Positions 34,939 through 41,762 of a stretch of 41,762 bases of DNA are shown in pieces. The DNA is from Chthoniobacterales bacterium (GTDB lineage Bacteria > Verrucomicrobiota > Verrucomicrobiia > Chthoniobacterales > UBA6821). The notes below the pieces were generated by a model that was given only the letters and a program-made list of their open reading frames with translations, searched no databases and was not told where the DNA came from. Where the stretch lies: contig JBIRBD010000001.1 in the NCBI GenBank assembly GCA_044326465.1, forward strand, positions 1 to 41,762. Direction: 5' to 3'. Both the position numbers and the translations under genes were made by a program. Position 1 is the stretch's first letter. Each line of letters begins with the position of its first letter.

Positions 34939-35857
34939 TTATCTTTTGCTTTTTGGCGCCGGCATCCTTTGGGGATCCCAATATTTTTTCACCAAGCTTG
35001 CACTGGAAAGTTTTTCTGCACCTGCAATTGCAGTAGGAAGAATAAGCATTGGAGCAATTGTGCTGACCATTTTACTTGCCACAGGTGTTAAAACATCAGC
35101 CTGTTCAAATCGTCAACAACGTTCTTTCTGGAGTTGCTTTCCTGATTTTATTCTCATTGGTTTATTGGAAGGAACGATTCCGTGTGTCTTTGTCGGCTGG
35201 GCCCAAAGAGAGATTGCCAGTAGTGTTACAGCTATTCTCATTGGCTCTGTTCCATTATTTACGATTTTGCTAGAGGCTCTTTTTATGAAGGAGAATAGGC
35301 TAACAGCAAAAAAAGTAGCTGGTGTTATTCTTGGTTTTTTTGGCATTGTTGTTCTTCTCAGAGTGGGATTGGACATTATGTCTTCCTCATCCGCAGAAGG
35401 CCATTTTATGCTCGTTCCCGTGCTAGCTGTTTTAACTTCTGCTCTCTGTTTTGCAATTTCGATGCTCTTAATCAAAGTTCGCTTGGGTTCTAGCTTAGCT
35501 CCCATTCGCTCTACGCAAGGAATTCTTTTAGGAGCTCTCGTCACTCTTTTACCGCTTTCATTCTGGCTTACAAAACCGTGGATGATCACTTCTTTTCATT
35601 GCTCTTTTTCGGCTTTAATGGGGGTGGTATTACTCGGTATTTTTTGCAGCGGATCGGCCTATACTCTTTTTGTAATATTGATCAACAGAGCAGGGCCTAC
35701 TGTTGCTTCCATGACGAATTATCTGGTCCCACCAATCGGTGCATTTATCGGGATTACCTTCAGCGGCGAAAAGCTAACCACTTCCCTAATTTATTCATTG
35801 CTACTGATCCTCTTTGCACTCTGGCTGGCAAGTTCTCAACAAAAAGAGAAGGCCTAA
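34907..35857 (+). CDS. EamA/DMT-superfamily transporter
   Basis: It has ten predicted TM segments and two EamA-like halves (GAGILWGSQYFFTKLAL...). The start is uncertain. I chose GTG at 34907, which overlaps secA by 32 nt. The alternatives are ATG at 34862 (77-nt overlap) or TTG at 34946. Confidence 0.7.
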   Translation: MEKLSLFILINYLLLFGAGILWGSQYFFTKLALESFSAPAIAVGRISIGAIVLTILLATGVKTSACSNRQQRSFWSCFPDFILIGLLEGTIPCVFVGWAQREIASSVTAILIGSVPLFTILLEALFMKENRLTAKKVAGVILGFFGIVVLLRVGLDIMSSSSAEGHFMLVPVLAVLTSALCFAISMLLIKVRLGSSLAPIRSTQGILLGALVTLLPLSFWLTKPWMITSFHCSFSALMGVVLLGIFCSGSAYTLFVILINRAGPTVASMTNYLVPPIGAFIGITFSGEKLTTSLIYSLLLILFALWLASSQQKEKA

Positions 35858-35884
35858 GTAAGTGTTTGCCCTCCATGCATAGCC

Positions 35885-35914
35885 TTGACACTATTGATTT
35901 ATTACATCTAGATA
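35885..35914 (+). promoter_or_regulatory. Candidate sigma-70-type promoter for the APC permease gene
   Basis: A consensus -35 TTGACA (35885..35890) is followed by an 18-nt spacer and TAGATA (35909..35914, overlapping GATAAT). It lies ~95 nt upstream of the ATG at 36011. This rests on a pattern match only. Confidence 0.35.
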
Positions 35915-36010
35915 ATTTTCTTGCTTTGTTCACGTTAAAAACTACTAATCTAGCTTCGTAGCTAATCACAGATATTCTTTTAAAAGTTAATATTTAACAA
36001 CGCTTTCCCA

Positions 36011-37420
36011 ATGAATCCGACTAAGAAAAAAACATTAAGCGTTTTCAGCCTCGTAATGATGAATGTCATTGCCATTGATAGCCTGAAAACATTATCAACT
36101 AGTGCAGAATATGGATTCTCTTTGGTCTTTTATTTTTTAGCGGCTGGACTTGTTTTCTTTGTTCCCTTAGCACTTGTCTCCGCGGAACTTGCCACAGGCT
36201 GGCCTGAGACCGGGGGTATCTACGTTTGGACGCGTGAGGCTTTCGGGAAAAAATGGGGTTTTTTTACGATCTGGTTGCAATGGTTTAATAACATCCTCTG
36301 GTTTCTGACAATAATGTCGTTTATTGCAGCGACGCTCGCTTATTGCATCAATCAAAACCTCGTCAACAATCCTTTCTATATGTTGATTGTCGTTTTTATT
36401 TTTTTCTGGGCTGCGACTATTATTAATTTTTGGGGGATTCATGCTTCTTCATTTTTTTGTAATATTGCGGCAATAGCAGGAACTATTATCCCCATGATCT
36501 TAGTTACGGTTCTCGCTGGTATTTGGATGATGATGGGAAAACCGATTTCCATTCACCTTGACTGGCATAGTTTTCTTCCTGACCTCAGCAACATCAATAA
36601 TTTGGTTTTATTAACAGCAATGCTCTATGGTTTGACGGGCATGGAGATGTCGGCCGTCCATGCAGGGGATGTTGAAAATCCACAGCACAATTATCCTAAG
36701 GCTATTTTTTGGTCGGCTCTGATTATTTTATCCACGTTGATATTATCATCCTTAGCTATCGCCTTAGTGATTCCCCAGCAACAGATCGATCTTGTTACTG
36801 CCTTATTGCAAGCGTTTCAGGTTTTCTTTACCACGTTTCATATGACCTGGTTGATGCCTATCTTGGCCTTTTTAATCATCCTCAGCTCGCTTGGTGTCTC
36901 TAATGCCTGGATCTTGGGACCAAGCAGAAGCCTGTTAATTGCAAGCCACGATAGATGCTTGCCTCAAAGCTGGGCATTCAAAAATAAACATCAGATGCCT
37001 GTTGCTATTCTTTTAATTCAAGGAGCTATTTTTACGCTTTTGTGCGCTGTTTTCTTTTTGATGCCGAGCATCAGTAGTAGCTTCTGGCTCTTAACAGATG
37101 TTGCTGCAATTTTGCAACTGATGTTTTATTTTGCGATGTTTATGACGGCTATAAAGCTTCGTTACAAATATCCTGAGGTAAAACGGACCTTCACAATACC
37201 AGGCGGAAAACCAGGCTTATGGCTGGTGTGCGGATTAGGAATGGCAGGGTGTCTTTTCACTATGGTCGTTGGATTTTTTCCACCTAGTCAAATTCCCGTC
37301 GGAAATTTAATGACTTACGAAACACTCATTATTGCTGGTATCTGCATTTGCTGCATCATTCCATTTATCTTGTATCGCCAGGCCCGCAAAAGCCGCTTGG
37401 ATGCTGGTGAACTGGCGTAA
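36011..37420 (+). CDS. APC-superfamily amino-acid permease (GadC-like glutamate/GABA antiporter family)
   Basis: It has 12 or more TM segments, and the N-terminal region resembles GadC-type transporters (GFSLVFYFLAAGLVFFVPLALVSAELATGWPETGGIYVWTREAFGKKWGF). Confidence 0.82.
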   Translation: MNPTKKKTLSVFSLVMMNVIAIDSLKTLSTSAEYGFSLVFYFLAAGLVFFVPLALVSAELATGWPETGGIYVWTREAFGKKWGFFTIWLQWFNNILWFLTIMSFIAATLAYCINQNLVNNPFYMLIVVFIFFWAATIINFWGIHASSFFCNIAAIAGTIIPMILVTVLAGIWMMMGKPISIHLDWHSFLPDLSNINNLVLLTAMLYGLTGMEMSAVHAGDVENPQHNYPKAIFWSALIILSTLILSSLAIALVIPQQQIDLVTALLQAFQVFFTTFHMTWLMPILAFLIILSSLGVSNAWILGPSRSLLIASHDRCLPQSWAFKNKHQMPVAILLIQGAIFTLLCAVFFLMPSISSSFWLLTDVAAILQLMFYFAMFMTAIKLRYKYPEVKRTFTIPGGKPGLWLVCGLGMAGCLFTMVVGFFPPSQIPVGNLMTYETLIIAGICICCIIPFILYRQARKSRLDAGELA

Positions 37421-37459
37421 AAGAAGGTATCCGTTTTTTAGGTTAAACGTTGAAAAAAA

Positions 37460-38443
37460 TTACTCTTCACCAAGATGCTTTCCGGTCATGAGATAGTTTC
37501 TAACATAGTCGCTAACAGACTGTTCGAGCGATGTCGTTTTTTCCATATAGCCTGTCGCTTTCAGAAGTGAGATGTCAGCACAGGTGTAATATTGATATTG
37601 ATCACGAAGTTTTTCAGGCATCTCGATAAATTCAATCGCCGGCTCACGGCCAAGTGCTCTGAATAAAGCTGTTGCAAGAGCAATCCAAGTGCGGGGTTTG
37701 CCAGTGCCGATATTAAAAAGTCCTTTTGCGCTTTTGGTATCAGCAAGATGAAGCGTCATTGCAACAGCATCTTTAACATAAACAAAATCGCGCACCTGCT
37801 CACCATCGCGATAATCAGAATGGTAACTTTTGAAAAGACGTACTTTTCCTGTCTCCATGATTTGCTCATAGGCTTTAGAAACAAGGCTACGCATCTCTTT
37901 TTTGTGACCTTCGTTTGGTCCAAAGACATTAAAATATTTTAACCCAACGATGCGATCGAACCACCCCATTTCACGGGCATAGAGATCAAAAAGTTGTTTT
38001 GATTCTCCATACAAATTAAGCGGCCTCAATTTTTCTATTTTCTCGATGCCATCGTTCATTCCTTCGGAACCGTCGCCATAAGTGGCTGCAGAACTTGCGT
38101 AGACAAATCGTACATCACGCAGCAAGGCCCACTCAGCCAAACGCTTTGTATACTCAAAATTATTTTCCATCAAATAATCGCGATTCGTTTCTGTCGTCGA
38201 AGAACAGGCTCCTAAATGAAAAATCGTCTTAATACCTTGTAGCGATAACGGATTTTTATCCAAAGCTTTTAGCAAAGCATCTGCCGAAAGATATTCTGTA
38301 TACTTGAGCGGGCGAAGATGCTGTTTTTTCTCTTCATCAAGCAAAACATCCGTCACAAGAATTTCTGTTTCGCCTCGCTCGTTGAGCGCATGAATAAGTG
38401 CACTTCCAATAAATCCTGCGCCACCGGTTACTATTATTTTCAT
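37460..38443 (-). CDS. hldD: ADP-L-glycero-D-manno-heptose 6-epimerase
   Basis: MKIIVTGGAGFIGSALIHALNERG (Rossmann fold), the SDR catalytic pattern SSAATYG...YGESK, and length and C-terminus typical of HldD/RfaD. Confidence 0.87.
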   Translation of the reverse strand: MKIIVTGGAGFIGSALIHALNERGETEILVTDVLLDEEKKQHLRPLKYTEYLSADALLKALDKNPLSLQGIKTIFHLGACSSTTETNRDYLMENNFEYTKRLAEWALLRDVRFVYASSAATYGDGSEGMNDGIEKIEKLRPLNLYGESKQLFDLYAREMGWFDRIVGLKYFNVFGPNEGHKKEMRSLVSKAYEQIMETGKVRLFKSYHSDYRDGEQVRDFVYVKDAVAMTLHLADTKSAKGLFNIGTGKPRTWIALATALFRALGREPAIEFIEMPEKLRDQYQYYTCADISLLKATGYMEKTTSLEQSVSDYVRNYLMTGKHLGEE

Positions 38444-38452
38444 AACAGTGAA

Positions 38453-38482
38453 GGCTACAGCCTACAGGCTACAGGTTACAGG
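38453..38482 (+). repeat. Unpaired heptamer array GGCTACA GCCTACA GGCTACA GGTTACA GG
   Basis: These are four tandem heptamers 9 nt from the hldD start codon, where they read cctgtaa cctgtag cctgtag gctgtag in hldD sense. They are related to the heptamer runs inside family C (ggctaca ggtaagt). Confidence 0.7.
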
Positions 38483-38546
38483 AATTTTTTTCGCAAAGTG
38501 CCGCTTGTAATAAATCCACTCGGCTCCAGTTCTAGAGTAGCCTGGG

Positions 38547-38564
38547 TTCCCGCCTTCGCGGGAA
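38547..38564. repeat. GC-rich palindrome ttcccgccttcgcgggaa (ATTCCC-N8-GGGAAY type)
   Basis: It is a 7-bp stem with a 4-nt loop. The reverse complement reads cATTCCCGCGAAGGCGGGAAC. It is a single copy in this window, lying between the secDF stop and the hldD start. Confidence 0.5.
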
Positions 38565-38646
38565 TGACAGGAATTGTAGTGATGCTATTTCGTCGCTGTT
38601 TAGAGTAGGGTGCTAATACGCTATTAGAAACAGTCTTTAGCTCTAA

Positions 38647-40935
38647 TCATTGTAATTTTTTTCCACTCCACCTCGACCACCAGAGCACAATGGGTGAGGC
38701 GACGAAGACTGAGGAGTAAGTTCCGACTAAAATTCCAAGAAGAATAGCAAAAGCAAAATCTTTGAGCACCGCTCCTCCAAAAAAGAAAAGCGCAGCGACC
38801 GAAAGCAATGTCATGCCACCAGTAAGCATGGTGCGGCCTAGGGTTTCATTAATGCTACGATTCATGAGACTTTCTACTGTTCCGCTTTTTTGATGACGCA
38901 GACCTTCACGAATACGGTCATAAACAACAATTGTGTCGTTAATCGAATATCCAGCGATCGTTAAAATAGCACCGACCATCACGAGCGACAATTCACCACC
39001 AAGCAAGGAAAACAGGCCCACGGTGATAATCACATCGTGTAATAAAGCAACGAGAGCACCAACCGCAAACGAAAGTCCGAAGCGGAAGGAGACATAAAAT
39101 AAAATTCCAATCATTCCAAGGCCAAGTGCCAGAAAGGCTTTGCGAGCAAACTCGCGGCCGATCTGCGCTCCGACTTTTTCTTGTTGTACTGGAATGATAT
39201 TTGTCTTAGGAAAACTCCCTTGAAGCTGCTGCAGAATTTTATTCGATGTATCTTCTGCACTCCGGACCATCATCATCTGCTTTCCACCAGTTAGTTCATT
39301 TTGAATTGTGGTTTCGCTCAGTTTAAGTGGGATCAGCGCTTGACGAACCTCTGCAACCGTGAGTGCGGGTTGTGTATCAAGAACTAAAAGATCGCCACCA
39401 CGAAAATCGATACCAAAATTATTCGCGCCCCGTTTTGCAAAAATCACAAACGATCCGACAAAAAAGAGGAGCGAAATAATGATCGCTGTATGGCGATGTT
39501 TCAAAAATTGAAACTGCTTTTTGAAGGCAAAATCAGCCATTGTTAAGCGTTTTAATTCTCCCTTAGCCATCATCCAGCGGAAGGCAGTGCGTGTAAAAAG
39601 TACGGCGGAGAAGAGCGAGGCGATAACACCCAGGACAAGCGTGATCGAAAATCCTCGCACCGGACCAGAGGCCTGCCAGAAAAGAATTCCGGCCGTAATG
39701 AGTGTCGTAGCATTAGCATCGAAGATCGCGCTGAACGCCTTGCTATAAGCGCCTTGAATGGCTGGCGCGAGCGTCTTGCCTGAGGCTAGTTCTTCTCGAA
39801 GCCGCTCATAGAGAAGGACATTAGAATCCACAGCAAGACCAATTGTTAAAATAATACCGGCAATACCAGGTAGCGTCAGAACAAAATGAAACATGCTCAT
39901 CATTCCAAAAAGCAAAATGATGTTGATGCCCAATCCAACAAGCGCAATTAAGCCTGCAAGGCGATAATAAATAAGCACAAATAACATCACGAGTCCAAGA
40001 CCAAGCAATCCTGAAACAACGCCAGCCCTAATAGAATCAGCTCCGAGCGTTGGTGAGACACTGCGCGTCTCTTCAATTTCGACCGGCGTGCGCAATGGGT
40101 TTTCGAGAGCACTGGCAAGTTCACGTGCTTCAGCATCGCTGAAGTGACCGGTGATTTGAGCTTGTCCACCAGGAATCGGGTTTTTTACTTCAGGAGCACT
40201 TTGAATTTTTCCATCCAATAAAATAGCAAGCCTTCCACGATGTGGTGCAAGCTCTGAAGTTACTTCAAAAAACTTAGCGGAGCCTTCGCCATCCATTGAA
40301 AGAGAGACCCCATAGCCCCCTTGGTCAAAAAAAGCGTAGGCTTTTGTCACATGCTCTCCAGCAATAGCTGCATTTTTTTTGACGAGCAACCGCTGTAGTG
40401 GTCCCTCTTCTTTGTTGCGAGCGATAAAGGTTTTAATTTCGTAGCCAGGAGGCATCATTGCTTCCCCTTTTTCAATTTCGGCAATCAAGCTTTCATTACC
40501 TGGATAGACTTGAGAAAATTCTAACTTTGCGACGCGCTTGAGTGTCTCACGCGTTGCCTCGATTTGCGCAGGGTTGAGACCTGGAATTTGCACGAGGATT
40601 CGTTCAGAACCTTGCGGCGCAATGACCGGCTCACCGACACCAAATTGATCGACGCGCTTGCGAATAACTTCTACAGCCTGTTGTAACATGTCAGTGGTGA
40701 TCTTTTGCCCAGGCTGGGGAATAAGGCGCAACAAAAACGATGTGCCGCCACGAAGATCGAGGCCGAGACGAATTTTTTCCGACGTTGGCGTTGTTAATTG
40801 AAAACAAAATGTCACGAGCAACAGTGTCAACAGAAGGCCTAGCCAGCGTTTACGAACATCACTCTCGGCAATAAAATACCAAGCAAAAAGTCCGAGAAGA
40901 AAAAGCCCAATAAAAAAAGTAAGCAGCGGCGTCAT
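38647..40935 (-). CDS. secDF: Fused protein-export membrane protein SecDF
   Basis: The SecD part has an N-terminal TM, a large periplasmic P1 domain and 5 TM (GIAGIILTIGLAVDSNVLLYERLREE). The SecF part follows (GIDFRGG..., GYSINDTIVVYDRIRE) in one 762-aa ORF, which lies downstream of yajC. Confidence 0.93.
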   Translation of the reverse strand: MTPLLTFFIGLFLLGLFAWYFIAESDVRKRWLGLLLTLLLVTFCFQLTTPTSEKIRLGLDLRGGTSFLLRLIPQPGQKITTDMLQQAVEVIRKRVDQFGVGEPVIAPQGSERILVQIPGLNPAQIEATRETLKRVAKLEFSQVYPGNESLIAEIEKGEAMMPPGYEIKTFIARNKEEGPLQRLLVKKNAAIAGEHVTKAYAFFDQGGYGVSLSMDGEGSAKFFEVTSELAPHRGRLAILLDGKIQSAPEVKNPIPGGQAQITGHFSDAEARELASALENPLRTPVEIEETRSVSPTLGADSIRAGVVSGLLGLGLVMLFVLIYYRLAGLIALVGLGINIILLFGMMSMFHFVLTLPGIAGIILTIGLAVDSNVLLYERLREELASGKTLAPAIQGAYSKAFSAIFDANATTLITAGILFWQASGPVRGFSITLVLGVIASLFSAVLFTRTAFRWMMAKGELKRLTMADFAFKKQFQFLKHRHTAIIISLLFFVGSFVIFAKRGANNFGIDFRGGDLLVLDTQPALTVAEVRQALIPLKLSETTIQNELTGGKQMMMVRSAEDTSNKILQQLQGSFPKTNIIPVQQEKVGAQIGREFARKAFLALGLGMIGILFYVSFRFGLSFAVGALVALLHDVIITVGLFSLLGGELSLVMVGAILTIAGYSINDTIVVYDRIREGLRHQKSGTVESLMNRSINETLGRTMLTGGMTLLSVAALFFFGGAVLKDFAFAILLGILVGTYSSVFVASPIVLWWSRWSGKKLQ

Positions 40936-40988
40936 GGATTTGATGTTAGGAGTTTTTTTATAGCAAAGATTTTGACTTTCTAGAGCGG

Positions 40989-41324
40989 TTAGATTTCTTC
41001 TTCTTTGTCTCGCTCAATGCTGGTTACCGCTGCACGATCAAATTCAATTTTTACATTGTCAGCAATTTTGAGTAAAAAAGTTCGATCTTTAACATTCGCA
41101 ACAATGCCATGAATGCCACTGCTTGTAACAACTTTATCTCCCGTCTTGAGTGAACTGATTAATAGTTGATGGGCCTTTTTTTGTTTTTGCTGCGGACGAA
41201 TCAGCAAGAAGTAAAAAATCACACCGATGAAAAGCATGAACGGAATTTGCTGCATCATCGGATTGGCAGATGCTCCTGCAGGTGCTGCTTGAGCGAGAAG
41301 AAAAGCGATAGAGTTTAATTTCAT
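40989..41324 (-). CDS. yajC: Preprotein translocase subunit YajC
   Basis: It has a single TM plus the conserved FYFLLIRPQQKQKKAHQLLISSLKTGDKVVTSSGIHG. It precedes secDF. Confidence 0.88.
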   Translation of the reverse strand: MKLNSIAFLLAQAAPAGASANPMMQQIPFMLFIGVIFYFLLIRPQQKQKKAHQLLISSLKTGDKVVTSSGIHGIVANVKDRTFLLKIADNVKIEFDRAAVTSIERDKEEEI

Positions 41325-41327
41325 AAG

Positions 41328-41335
41328 CCCTCCTT
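41328..41335 (-). promoter_or_regulatory. Shine-Dalgarno sequence of yajC (AAGGAGGG)
   Basis: In minus-strand sense the sequence reads ctaaaAAGGAGGGcttATG, with 3 nt between the SD and the ATG. It is the only strong SD I found in the window. Confidence 0.6.
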
Positions 41336-41465
41336 TTTAGCGTGATCGCTAGTGGGAGTCGAAGTAAAAAAACCTAAAACTCGCACGCAAATGGTACATC
41401 TGATGAATATTCACCATATTGTTCCAATATGCTTTAACTGATGCAAAATAGGGATGGGTAACCCT

Positions 41466-41595
41466 CAATGGTATCAACTTAAGGAAATAAGTGACGGCAA
41501 GGGGCTAGAGGCACCAGGTTTGAATAGGTCTTCGACAAAAAGAAGAGAATATAGTTAACACATTTTCTCTTAAGTTGACGGCATTATGTGAACGA
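41466..41595 (+). repeat. Family C palindromic element, full copy (C3, 130 bp)
   Basis: The order is caatggtatcaacttaagg-aaa-taagtgacggcaagggg, then gctagag gcaccag gtttgaa taggtct, then tcgacaaaaagaagagaat..., then tcttaagttgacggcattatgtgaacga. The two ends are inverted repeats (caatgNNNtcaacttaag / cttaagttgacggcatt). Confidence 0.7.
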
Positions 41596-41633
41596 GAAAA
41601 AAATTATTTAAAGTGTTTTCAATAACTTAATGC

Positions 41634-41762
41634 TTAACCCTAAAAACGGCAATGGTTCGTTATAAATTAGCGCAATATGCTCAGCCTCAAAATGATTTTT
41701 CAACCGGCTAACGTACCTTCCAGGTATGCTTCGCCGTTTTAAAAATCATTTTTAGACCAAGC
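41634..41762 (+). repeat. Family A palindromic element, copy A3 (truncated by window end)
   Basis: Its 129 nt align with A1 (11689..) with 3 substitutions and 1 single-base indel. Confidence 0.85.

Noticed and set aside
37431-37446. ccgttttttaggttaa between the permease and hldD stops, resembling a family A right terminus
   Set aside because: It is only 16 nt, AT-rich and easily matched by chance. It could equally be a weak convergent terminator (cgttt/aaacg). It is mentioned under family A only as a possible solo end.
38318-38608. 96-aa + strand ORF (ends ...VAWVPAFAGMTGIVVMLFRRCLE)
   Set aside because: It is antisense to the hldD 5' end and then reads through the heptamer array and the GC palindrome. 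This is translation of repeat DNA, not a gene.

Overview
This 41.8-kb window is chromosomal backbone from a Gram-negative bacterium. The gene content (fused SecDF plus YajC, Tol-Pal/ExbBD-TonB, heptose-LPS epimerase, a lysine-rich DksA-like protein, a 34-aa AURKAIP1/COX24-like peptide) hints at a PVC/Verrucomicrobia-like lineage, but that is a guess, not a result. I can support 33 protein genes, all housekeeping, plus tRNA-Thr(UGU). The genes are a Spy/CpxP-like protein, xseA, a DegT-type aminotransferase, pal, tolB, lgt, exbB-exbD-tonB, pyrH-frr, cbpA, serS, tilS, purD, purH, aspS, hisS, a DksA-like protein, rpmG-rpsR, gltB, gyrA, secA, DMT and APC transporters, hldD and yajC-secDF. I see no defence, phage, CRISPR, transposase or secondary-metabolite genes. 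The unusual part is the non-coding DNA, because almost every spacer longer than about 100 bp is filled with small non-autonomous palindromic repeats. Four repeat families can be defined. Family A is a ~170-bp whole-length hairpin element with 4 full or near-full copies plus fragments. Family B is a ~215-bp MITE with 21-bp TIRs and 8-bp target-site duplications, with 2 copies plus fragments. Family C is a ~130-165-bp element built around a GCCGTCAACTTAAG hairpin, with 4 copies. Module D is a 47-bp GTTGAGG/GCGAC-hairpin unit with 3 copies. The most interesting signal is a set of locus-specific 6-8-nt tandem arrays that occur as inverted pairs with an invariant polarity, G/purine-rich arm 5' and C-rich arm 3'. 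This places G-free C-rich arrays directly in front of many start codons, and the arrays run into the coding ends of gyrA, exbB, exbD and tonB. Shine-Dalgarno sequences are nearly absent, with yajC the clear exception. All coordinates were derived by hand from the printed sequence, and repeat boundaries are accurate to within a few nt.
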